From NCBI RefSeq assembly GCF_902713615.1, contig NC_052153.1, forward strand, positions 190,998,826-191,062,825: 64,000 nt of DNA. The letters are read 5' to 3'. Positions 26,601 to 38,600 of this stretch are shown here, piece after piece. The DNA comes from Scyliorhinus canicula (taxonomy: Eukaryota). Position 1 is the stretch's first letter. Every line of letters begins with the position of its first letter. The translations under genes were made by a program, and so were the position numbers. The notes below the pieces were generated by a model that was not told the DNA's origin, did not search any database, and saw only the letters and a list, made by a program, of their open reading frames with translations.

Positions 26601-29600
26601 GGATAGTGATGAGGACTGTCAGAGGATACAGAGGGATTTAAATTGTTTGGAATCTTGGGCGGACATAGAACATAGAACGATACAGCGCAGTACAGGCCCT
26701 TCGGCCCTCGATGTTGCACCGACATGGAAAAAAACTAAAGGCCATCTAACCTACACTATGCCCTTATCATCCATATGCTTATCCAATAAACTTTTAAATG
26801 CCCTCAATGTTGGCAAGTTCACTACTGTTGCAGGTAGGGCATTCCACGGCCTCACCACTCTTTGCATAAAAAACCCACCTCTGACCTCTGTCCGATATCT
26901 ATTACCCCTCAATTTAAGGCTATGTCCCCTCGTGCTAGCCACCTCCATCCGCGGGAGAAGGCTCTCGCTGTCCACCCTATCTAACCCTCTGATCATTTTG
27001 TATGCCTCTATTAAGTCACCTCTTAACCTTCTTCTCTCTAACGAAAACAACCTCAAGTCCATCAGCCTTTCCTCATAAGATTTTCCCTCCATACCAGGCA
27101 ACATCCTGGTAAATCTCCTCTGCACCCGTTCCAAAGCTTCCACGTCCTTCCTATAATGAGGCGACCAGAACTGTACGCAATACTCCAAATGCGGCCGTAC
27201 TAGAGTTTTATACAACTGCAACATGACCTCATGGCTCCGGAACTCAATCCCTCTACCAATAAAGGCCAACACACCATAGGCCTTCTTCACAACCCTATCA
27301 ACCTGGGTGGCAACTTTCAGAGATCTATGTACATGGACACCGAGATCCCTCTGCTCATCCACACTACCAAGAATTTTACCATTAGCCAAATATTCCGCAT
27401 TCCTGTTATTCTTTCCAAAGTGAATCACCTCACACTTCTCCACATTAAACTCCATTTGCCACCTCTCAGCCCAGCTCTGCAGCTTATCTATGTCCCTCTT
27501 TAACCTGCAACATCCTTCCGCACTGTCTACAACTCCACCGACTTTAGTGCCGTCTGCAAATTTACTCACCCATCCTTCTGCGCCCTCTTCTAGGTCATTT
27601 ATAAAAATGACAAACAGCAACGGCCCCAGAACAGATCCTTGTGGTACGCCACTCGTAACTGAACTCCATTCTGAACATTTCCCATCAACTACCACTCTCT
27701 GTCTTCTTTCAACTAGCCAATTTCTGATCCACATCTCTAAATCACCCTCAATCCCCAGCCTCCGTATTTTCTGCAATAGCCGACCGTGGGGAACCTTATC
27801 AAACGCTTTACTGAAATCCATATACACCACATCAACTGCTCTACCCTCGTCTACCTGTTCAGTCACCTTCTCAAAGAACTCAATAAGGTTTGTGAGGCAT
27901 GACCTACCCTTCACAAAACCATGCTAACTATCCCTAATCATATTATTCCTATCTAGATGATTATAAATCGTATCTTTTATAATCCTCTCCAAGACTTTAC
28001 CCACCACAGATGTTAGGCTCACCGGCCTATAGTTACCGGGGTTATCTCTACTCCCCTTCTTGAACAAAGGGACCACATATGCTATCCTCCAGTCCTCTGG
28101 CACTATTCCTGTAGCCAATGATGACCTAAAAATCAAAGCCAAAGGCTCAGCAATCTCTTCCCTGGCTTCCCAGAAAATCCTAGGATAAATCCCATCAGGC
28201 CCCAGGGACTTATCTATTTTCACCTTGTCCAGAATTGCCAACACTTCTTCCCTACGCACCTCAATGCCATCTATTCTAATAGCCTGGGTCTCAGCATTCT
28301 CCTCCACAATATTATCTTTTTCCTGAGTGAATACTGATGAAAAGTATTCATTTAGTATCTCGCTTATCTCCTCAGCCTCCACACACAACTTCCCACCACT
28401 GTCCTTGACTGGCCCTACTCTTACCCTAGTCATTCTTTTATTCCTGACATACCTATGGAAAGCTTTTGGGTTTTCCTTGATCCTACCTGCCAAAGACTTC
28501 TCATGTCCCCTCCTCGCTCGTCTTAGCTCTCTCTTTAGATCCTTCCTCGCTTCCTTGTAACTATCAAGCGCCCCAACTGAAACTTCACGCCTCATCTTCA
28601 CATAGGCCTCCTTCTTCCTCTTAACAAGAGATTCCACTTCTTTGGTAAACCACGGTTCCCTCGCTCGACCCCTTCCTCCCTGCCTGACTGGTACGTACTT
28701 ATCAAGAACATGCAATAGCTGTTCCTTGAACAAGCTCCACATATCCAGTGTGCCCAACCCTTGTAGCCTACTTCTCCAACCTGCACATCCTAAGTCATGT
28801 CTAATGGCATCATAATTACCCTTCCCCCAGCTATAACTCTTGCCCTGCGGGGTATACTTATCCCTTTCCATCACTAATGTAAAGGTCACCGAATTGTGGT
28901 CACTGTTTCCAAAGTGCTCACCTACCTCCAGATCTAACACCTGGCCTGGTTCATTACCCAAAACCAAATCCAATGTGGCCTCGCCTCTTGTTGGCCTGTC
29001 AACATATTGTGTCAGGAAACCCTCCTGCACACATTGTACAAAGAACGACCCATCTAATGTACTCAAACTATATATTTTCCAGTCAATATTTGGAAAGTTA
29101 AAGTCTCCCATAACAACTACCCTGTTACTTTCGCTCTTTTCCAGAATCATCTTCGCCATCCTTTCCTCTACATCCCTAGAACTATTAGGTGGCCTATAGA
29201 AAACTCCCAACAGGGTGACCTCTCCTTTCCTGTTTCTAACCTCAGCCCATACTACCTCGGAAGAAGAGTCCCCATCTAGCATCCTTTCCGCCACCGTAAT
29301 ACTGTCCTTGACTAGCAGCACCACACCTCCCCCTCTTTTGCCCCCTATTCTGAGCTTACTAAAACACCTAAACCCCAGAACCTGCAACAACCATTCCTGT
29401 CCCTGCTCTATCCATGTCTCTGAAATGGCCACAACATCGAAGTCCCAGGTACCAACCCATGCTGCCAGTTCCCCTACCTTATTTCGTATACTCCTGGCAT
29501 TGAAGTAGATACACTTCAAACCACCTACCTGAACACTGGCACCCTCCTGCAAAGTCAAATCTGTGCTCCTGACCTCTATACTCTCAATCTCCCGTACCCC

Positions 29601-32600
29601 AAAACGACAATCCAGGTTCCCATGCCCCTGCTGAATTAGTTCAGAGATGGCAGATGGAGATGGAGAGATGACAGATGGAGTTAATCCGGACAAATGTGAG
29701 GTAATGCATTTTGGAAGGTCTAATGCAGGTAGGGAATGTGGAAAATGGTAGAAACCTGGAGTATTGAAAGTCAGAGAGATCTAGGTGTACAGGTCCACAG
29801 GTCACTGAAAGGGGCAACACAGGTGGAGAAGGTAGTCAAGGCATACGGCATGCTTGCCTTCATTGGCCGGGGCACTGAGTATAAGAATTGGCAAGTCATG
29901 TTGCAGCTGTATAGAAACTCAGTTAGGCCACACTTGGAGTATAGTGTTCAATTCTGGTCGCCATATTACCAGAAGGATGTGGAGGCTTTAGAGAGGGTGC
30001 ATAAGAGATTTACCAGAATGATGCCTGATATGGAAGGGATTAGCTCTGAGGAGAGGTTGAATAAACTCGGTTTGTTCTCACTGGAACGACGGAGGTTGAG
30101 GGGCGACCTGATAGAGGTCTACAAAATTATGAGGGGCATGGACAGAGTGGATATTCCCCAGGGTAGAGGGGTTAATTACTATGGGGCTAAGGTTCAAGGT
30201 GTGAGGGGCAAGGTTTAGAGGAGATGTCCGAGGCAGGTTTTTTACACAAGAGGGTAGTGGGTGCCTGGAACTCGCTGCTGAAGGAAGTGGTGGAAGCAGG
30301 GACGATAGTGACATTTAAGGGGCATCTTGGCCAATACATGAATAGGACGGGAATGGAGGGATACGGACAGAGGAAGTGTAGAAGATTTTAGTTTAGACGG
30401 GCAGCATGGTCGGCACGGGCTTGGAGGGCCGAAGGGCCTGTTCCTCTCCTGCACTTTTCTTTGTTCTTAATTCTTTGAAAAGCTCAGTAAACCACTGCAA
30501 AAGAAACAAAAATTAAGGCTGGAAGTTTCAATTAAAAAGTCCCGTGCGACTAAAGAATCTAAAAATAGAAGTGCCGGAACGTTGAATCGGCAAAGTAAAC
30601 AATATTTGCCTCCGTTGTAGCTATGGCGCAGTTAAAAATTCATCGCGTTGATCAATTTGCGCAAGCGCACCAGAAAAAAACGTACTCCTCAGAAGTCGGA
30701 CATTTCAGACATGCGCAGTTAAAGGAAAAAACGCGCGATTCAGAATTTCAACCTTCTGCATGCGTGTGTGACCAGATTGCTCATGCGCACATTGAAAAAC
30801 GACGCGATCCGGAAGAACACCGTTCTGCGCTCGCGCAGAAGATTGCGCATGCGCCCTTGAAAAAAGAGCGCTCTCGGACGAGGATCGATTTGCGGATGTG
30901 CATTGCGTATTTGTGCACGGCATCATGGACGTAATGACGTCAGAATGTTGTGGACACGCCCACTTTAAGAAAAGTTGCCCGGAAATCCAAAAAACAAGTT
31001 TTAAAGGCACAGAACAGAAGTTTTTTTTTTACCTCGCAAGGCAGAACATTGCTTGAATTTGAACAAATAGCTGAAGAAGAGTTTTGCAGCAACGTGGAAC
31101 AAAATGTTGGCAGCACGCAACAAGAAGAAAATGTTATCAAATCTAAAACTAAAGAAGATAAATCCTACATTGAAAATATCACTCAGATATGGCAGAGATA
31201 TTCGGGTTCGATGATTATTCTGTTAGTAAGAAGATTGAAAATTTAAATAGCACTCTATTAATGGTAGATGAACCCAATACGTTAATGGAATTGCGTACTG
31301 TTTGGATTGGATTGGATTTGTTTATTGTCACGTGTACCGAGGTACAGTGAAAAGTATTTTTCTGCGAGCAGCTCAACAGTTCATTCAGTACATGGAAGAA
31401 AAGGGAATTAAACAAAATTCAAGAAAATACTAGAAAATACATGAGAATACATAATAGGGCAACACAAGATATACAATGTAACTACATAAGCATTGGCATC
31501 GGTTGAAGCATACAGGGTGTAGTGTTAATGAGGTCAGTCAATAAGAGGGTCATTTAGGAGTCTGGTGATAGCGGGGAAGAAGCTGTTGTTGAGTCTGTTC
31601 GTGCATGTTCTCAGACTTCTGAATCTCCTGCCCGATGGAAGAAGTTGGAAAAGTGAGTAAGCCGGGTGGGAGGGATCCTTGATTATGCTGCCCGCTTTCC
31701 CCCGGCAGCGGGAGGTGTAGATGGAGTCCATGGATGGGAGGCAGATTCGTGTGATGGACTGGGCGGTATTCACGACTCTCTAAAGTTCCTTGCGGTCCTG
31801 GGCTGAGCAGTTGCCATACCAGGCTGTGATGCAGCCCGATAGGATTCTTTCTATAGTGTATCTGTAAAAGTTGGTAAGGGTTAATGTGGACATGCCGAAT
31901 TTCCTTAGTTTCCTGAGGAAGTATAGACGCTGTTGTGCTTTCTTGGTGATAGCGTCGATGTGAGTGGACCAGGACAGATTTTTGGTGATGTGCACCCTTA
32001 GGAATTTGAAACTGCTAACCATCTCCACCTCGGCCCTGTTGATGCTGACAGGGGTGTGTACAGTACTTTGCTTCCTGAAGTCGATGACCAACTCTTTAGT
32101 TTTGCTGGCATTGAGGGAGAGATTGTTGTCGTTACACCACTCCACTAGGTTCTCTATCTCCCTCCTGTATTCGGACTCGTCATTATTCAAGATCCGGCCC
32201 ACTATGGTCGTATCGTCAGCAAACCTGTAGATGGAGTTGGAACCAAGTTTTGCCATGCAGTCGTGTGTGTACAGGGAGTAGAGTAGGGGGCTAAGTACAC
32301 AGCCTTGCGGGGCACCGGTATTGAGGACTATTGTGGAGGAGGTGTTGGTGTTCATTCTTACTGATTGTGGTCTGTTGGTCAGAAAGTCAAGGATCCAGTT
32401 GCAGAGTGGAGAGCCAAGTCCTAGGTTTTGGAGCTTTGATATGAGCTTGGCTGGGATTATGGTGTTGAAGGCGGAGCTGTAGTCAATAAATAGGAGTCTG
32501 ATGTAGGAGTCCTTGTTTTCGAGATGCTCTAGGGATGAGTGTAGGGCCAGGGAAATGGCGTCTGATGTGGACCGGTTGCGACGGTATGCGAATTGAAGTG

Positions 32601-35600
32601 GGTCAAGGCGTTCCGGGAGTATGGAGGTGATGCGCTTCATGATCAACCTCTCGAAGCACTTCATTACGACTGACGTCAGGGCCACCGGCGGTAATCATTG
32701 AGGCATGTTGCCTGGTTCTTCTTTGGTACCGGTATGATGGTGGTCTTCTTGAAGCAGGTGGGGACCTCGGAGTGGAGTAGGGGTAGGTTAAAGATGTCTG
32801 TGAATACCTCTGCCAGCTGGTCCGCGCAGGCTCTAAGTGCACGACCAGGGATCCCTATGGGCCCATCGCCTTCCGTGGGTTCACTTTCAGGAAGGCCGAT
32901 CTGACTTCGGAAACTGATGATGGGTATGGGTGAATTATGGGCTGCTGGGGCACTCGACAGCGGATTGTTGGTTACCTGGTCAAACCGAGCATAGAATGCA
33001 TTAATTTCATCGGGGAGGGGTGCGCTGCTGCCAGAGATACTGCTCGGCTTCGCTTTGTAGCCCGTTATGTTGTTTAGTCCTTGCCACAACCGCCGAGAGT
33101 CTGTCTGCGACTCTAGCTTAGTTTGATATTCTTTCTTGGCATCTCGGATGGCCTTGCGGAGGTCGTACCTGGATTTCTTGTATAGGACAGGGTCGTCTGC
33201 CTTGAACGCCTCAGATCTGTCCTTCAGTAGGGAGTCAATCTCGCGGTTGAGCCATGGTTTCCGGTTGGGGAACGTACGTACTGCTTTCTTTGGCACGCAG
33301 TCATCCACACATTTGCTGATGAAGTCTGTGACGGTGGTGGCATACTCATTTAAGTTAGTCGCTGAGTTCTTAAATATGGACCAATCCACTGTCTCTAAGC
33401 AGTCACGTAAGAGCTCTTCTGTCTCCCCGGACCAGCACTGCACAACCTTCTTAGCTGGATTCTCCCGCTTGAGTTTCTGCTTGTAAGCCGGGAGAAGGAG
33501 CACAGTCTTATGGTCTGATTTCCCAAAATGCGGTCAGGGGTTGGAACGGTAGGCGCCCTTGATTTTTGAGAAGCAGTGGTCAAGAGTGTTGTCGCCCCTG
33601 GTGGGACAGGAGATGTGCTGGTGGAATTTTGGCAGTACACTCTTGAGGTTGGCTTTGTTGAAGTCTCCGGCCACAATGAACAAGGCCTCCGGGTGTTCTG
33701 TTTCGTAGTTGTTTATGACTGTGTACAGTTCATCCAGCGCCTTCCTCACTTCTGCCTGGGGTGGGATGTAGACCGCTGTGATAATGGCTGAAGTGAACTC
33801 ACGTGGAAGATAGTATGGGCGGCACTTTACGGTCAAGTATTCCAGGTCTGGGGAGCAGTAGGTCGCCAGGGTCACCACATCCAAGCACCAGGAGGAGTTG
33901 ATGAGGAGGCAAACCCCTCCACCCTTTGCTTTGCCTGAAGATGCCGTGCGGTCCGCCCGGTGAATAGAGAAGCCTTCAGGTTGTATGGCACAGTCCGGTG
34001 AGGCGGGGGTGAGCCATGTCTCTGTGAAACACAGCACACAGCAGTCTCTTACTTCCCTCTGAGAGGTAAGTCTGGCGTTAAGTTCATCCAGCTTGTTTTC
34101 AATCGCTTGGACGTTTGCTAAGAGTATGCTGGGGAGAGGGGTCTTGAAACCGCGTTCCTTCAGTCTAACCTGCAGACCGCTGCGTTTCCCTCGCTTTCTC
34201 GGTCGGCGGCTGCTGCTGGATGATCCTGGGATCCGATGGGCGACGTCAGCCCTTGTGGAAGGTAGGTGGTTGCATCTGGCGGGGTCCAGGGCACTAGCGG
34301 GGTTCAGGGCGCTGTTTACGTTTCCGGGGTCGCGTCTGGCAGGGTCCCGGGTGCTGGTTGAGGTAGAGGGGTTGCTGGGGGGGGCGAGTTTGTGATCCGG
34401 ATGGGTCCCGGCGTTATGCGGGCGCGGGAATACCTTGCAGCGTGTTCGGGTCCTCGCGCGCGGTCTTAGCCATTTCTGGGGTACTGGGTCGTGGGCGGGG
34501 GCTTCCTGGGGCAGGTTGGGCTAGGTCCCATGGTCTGTTCCCTCCCTGGGCGCTCCTGGGGTCAGATCTTGAAGTCGGCACGGTGGAGCCTCCATGTGGA
34601 TTTTTCTTTCTTCCATCACCAGGTAGGTCGGGTTGCTGGGCGGGCCTATCCGGGTCGGGTCGCTGGGCGGATCTCTCGGGGTCGCGTTGGGCCGGGTCTT
34701 GCCATCGGGGGTCGGGTCGGGAGCTCCGGGGACTAGGCCAGGCGATCCGGGGGCTGGTGTCGGTAGTTAGGCCGGGTTTGGAGTTCCGCGGCCCGGGTCG
34801 GCTCCAAATCGAGGTCGGGGCTTCACTTCCGGTTTGGGCCCGATCTTCTTCCAGATCACAGAGGTCAGGTCGGGTCGGGTCAAAAGGTCTCCAAGGGCCT
34901 CGGAGGATCTTCAAGCCTGCAAGAGAAGATAAGTTGAAACATCGGATAGCAATTAACCTGACAAATGAACGACCAGAAGAGAAAAACTCCACAGAGAGAG
35001 CAGTGAAAGACTCCAGAGAAAGAGCTATGAAAGACTCCACAGGAAGAGCACTGAAATTCTCCAGAAAGACAGCAATGAAAGAAGAAGACTCTGAAGGTTT
35101 ATCTAGTTTATTTGATCAACAAAAAGAAGACTATGAAGATCTATCCACTTTATTTGTGAATTATGACAAAGTGATCACAAGTAGCATACAAGATGTGCAG
35201 GACAAAGGTGAGACTGACAGATCACAGCTGGACTGTACAAAAGAACATGACAATCAAAGTACAACGATGAATGACTCAATTGAGGACACATCAATCGTGA
35301 ACAGCCTACAAGAAAATGACATCTTGGAGAAGTTGACTCCAGAAGAGGACAACCAAGAGGTGAAAGATAAATCAGATCATCCAGGAGGGACTGATGTCAC
35401 AATGCTCAACGATGCATCAGATCATCCAGGAGGGACTGATGTCACAATGCTCAACGATGCATCAGATCATCCAGGAGAGACTGATGTCACAATGCTCAAC
35501 GATGCATCAGATCATCCACAGGAACCTGATATCATAAAGTGCAATGAAACATCAGATCATACAATGGACATTGAAACTTAAAAGAATTTAAAATGAATCA

Positions 35601-38600
35601 AACAATCCAGAAGGAACAGTTAGAACATAGAACAGTACAGCACAGAACAGGCCCTCGATGTTGTGCCGAGCAATGATCACCCTACTTAAACCCACGTAAC
35701 CCCTATACCCGTAACCCAACAATCCCCCCATTAACCTTACACTACTGGCAATTTAACATGGCCAATCCACCTAACCCGCACATCTTTGGACTGTGGGAGG
35801 AAACCGGAGCACCCGGAGGAAACCCACGCACACACGGGGAAGACGTGCAGACTCCACACAGACAGTGACCCAGCCGGGAATCGAACCTGGGACCCTGGAG
35901 CTGTGAAGCATTGATGCTAACCACCATGCTACCGTGAGGCCCCAAGTTCTTGGGCACGTATGAGAAACTACAGAACAACAGACTGTACACAATGGTACAA
36001 CTCTGAAACCGAACGACAACTAAACAACACAGTCCAGTGCAATGACAAGAAAGGGTTTGAACTCGCAGTCACACTTGACAGACCATACTGTATGGAAAGC
36101 ACTCCACATGGCAAGCGAGCAAGGGACTGCAGGACAGTGTGTGAAACACAGCTACCGGTTGAGGTAGAACAAACAAATGAGTGTGTAGACAATACAAAAT
36201 TGATGCATGATGGCACCAATGTCAGGAAGAACAGGACATTGTTTAGACAAATAAGAAGTCATGACAATGAATTAAATGAGTTGGTATTTGCTCAATGACC
36301 AAAAAGCAAACCAGTTTTGAGGACAAAGGACACACACACAACATCGACACCACAAACAGAGAAAAAAGACCAGGTCAGACAACAAAAGTGGTTCAACCAG
36401 TCGAACACCTGATCGATTTGAGCAGATTGGTATGTCAACACACAAGTGAAGACGGAGGATAATTTGTGGACTGTAAAAAGCATTTTTTTAAATTGTTAAC
36501 TACTGTATAATTTCTGTACTCAATTACCTGTAACGAAAATACAATGCTTCTTACTCTACATATGTTTGTAGAAATCTCCAAACATCTTTGAAAAAAAAGG
36601 GGGGATGTAATGATATGTATATTGACTGGGATGTTAATGATAATGCTTCTTACCACTAGAGGGAACCACAGAACAGTCATATGTATCATGTGACTGCGGG
36701 GATTCTGGGATTAGTAGATGATTAGGTGGTTAGGAGTTAAGGGTTAGGAGAGAGAGCTGGAAAAGTGTCAGGCATAGAGAGCATGTTATATACTTGAGAG
36801 TGCTGCAAGTTAGAGATAGCATAGTTTTATATAATAACCTTCTACTTTAGGAATGTGAACAAATCTTATTTAGTAGTGTAATCAATTTATGGTTCTGTTC
36901 GTTAACAAAGCTTTGTGCTCTTTAGTCAACACTATGCATCTGAGCTATCCAGGTAAAACAGAATACAAAATACAACAAATATGTCTCTTCCCATCTGGCC
37001 CTGAGCTTATAAGGCCTATCTTCTGAGCCTCCATGTCATAGAATCCCGACAGTGCAGAAAGAGGCCATTCGGCCCATCAAGTCTGCACTGACTCTCCAAA
37101 AGGGCACCATATCCCCCCCCCGCACTATCTACGTAACCTCACTTGACCTTTGGACACTAATGGGAAATTTATCATGGCCAATCCACCTCACCGGCACATC
37201 TTTGGACTGTGGGAGGAAACCGGAGCACCCGGAGGAAACCCACGCAGACACGGGGAGAACGTGCAGACTCCGCACAGACAGTCACCCGAAGTCTGAATCG
37301 AACATGGATCCCTGTCACCGTGCCACCCCTAAAGGTTACGGTCTTTTGAGCCAGGGTTCCATTAGGGACCTTCCCATCCAGTTCTAACACTGTTGCGAGA
37401 TTTTAATCCATGTCCCCAGAGCACTGGCCTTTGGTTTACATGCCAGTGATATCACCACTACACCACCATCTCCCCACGGGTCACTCTCTTGTTAAGATCC
37501 ACAGATGAAGTCAGACTAAGTTAATACACCTCCTCCATCAACAACAAACCCAGGAGTGATCTCTTTCCTCACTGAATATTATAATCCAATCACGATCAGT
37601 TGGGGAATGGACAGTTGAGGTCCAAAGAGACAAAGGGGGCTGGGTGTGAACAAGGGGAGATGTTGGTGCCGTGGTCAAATCACTGACTCATAATCCAAAA
37701 GCCACCTCTTATTTCTAACTGCAAACATAGATTTGGCAAAGCGATGGCAAAGTGCTCTGGGGACCCAGGTTCAAATCCCGCCACTGCAGATGGTGAAATT
37801 TGAATTCAATAAAAATGTGGAATTAAAGTCTAATGACGACCGTGAAACCTTAGCCGATTGTCGTAAAAACCCATCTGGTTCACAGATGTCCTTGAGGGAA
37901 GGAAATCTGCCGTCCTTACCCGGTCTGGCTTACATGTGACTCCAGACCCGCAGCGATGGGGTTGGCTGTTAACTTCCCCCTCAAGGGCAATTAGGGATGG
38001 GCAATAAATGCTGGCACAGCCTGCGACACCCACAGCTCATGAACGAATAATATTTTAAAAATGATAATTACCTATTTCCTGACAATAGCAGCTGGTGGAA
38101 TTTAAATCAATTGATGAATCCGGAATTGAAAGCTAGCCTCAGTGATGGTGACCATAAAGCTAACAGTGATTATTGTAAAAAGCCAGCTGGTTCACCACTC
38201 CCTTTAGGAAGGGATGTCTGATGTGACGCTTAACTATGATCTGAAATCCCCCCAGGAAGCCATCGTTCAAGGGCATTTAAAAATGGGCAACAAATACAGG
38301 CCTTGCCAGTGACTCTCACAGCCTGTGAAAGAATGATAAATAGATCATTAAATTAACATGTACAGGAAAAGAAAATTATCACTAAAGGCGAATAAAACGC
38401 TCGCCTTTATGAAATGAAAAATGAAAATGAAAATCGCTTATTGTCACGAGTAGGCTTCAATGAAGTTACTGTGAAAAGCCCCTCGTTGCCACATTCCGGC
38501 GCGGCTGGTACGGGAATCGAACCGTGCTGCTGGCCTGCTTGGTCTGCTTTAAAAGCCAGCGGTTTAGCCCAATGAGCTAAACCAGCCCCTTTATATCAAG

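Larger units (their letters stand above)
20101..36977 (+). mobile_element. Old Gypsy-like LTR element, expanded to 17 kb by nested insertions
   Basis: 5' LTR from 20101 (split by SINEs 20190-20790). Gag fragment 21217-21470 ([18 protein letters not shown]). PPT AAAAAAAAGGGGGGA then 3' LTR 36606-36977. 5-bp TSD AATAT on both sides. Confidence 0.85.

Noticed and set aside
34414-35040. GC-rich 208-aa minus ORF and N-terminal half of the 379-aa plus ORF
   Set aside because: Low-complexity 5' region of the Rex1/Babar LINE read through into the LTR element; chimeric frame.
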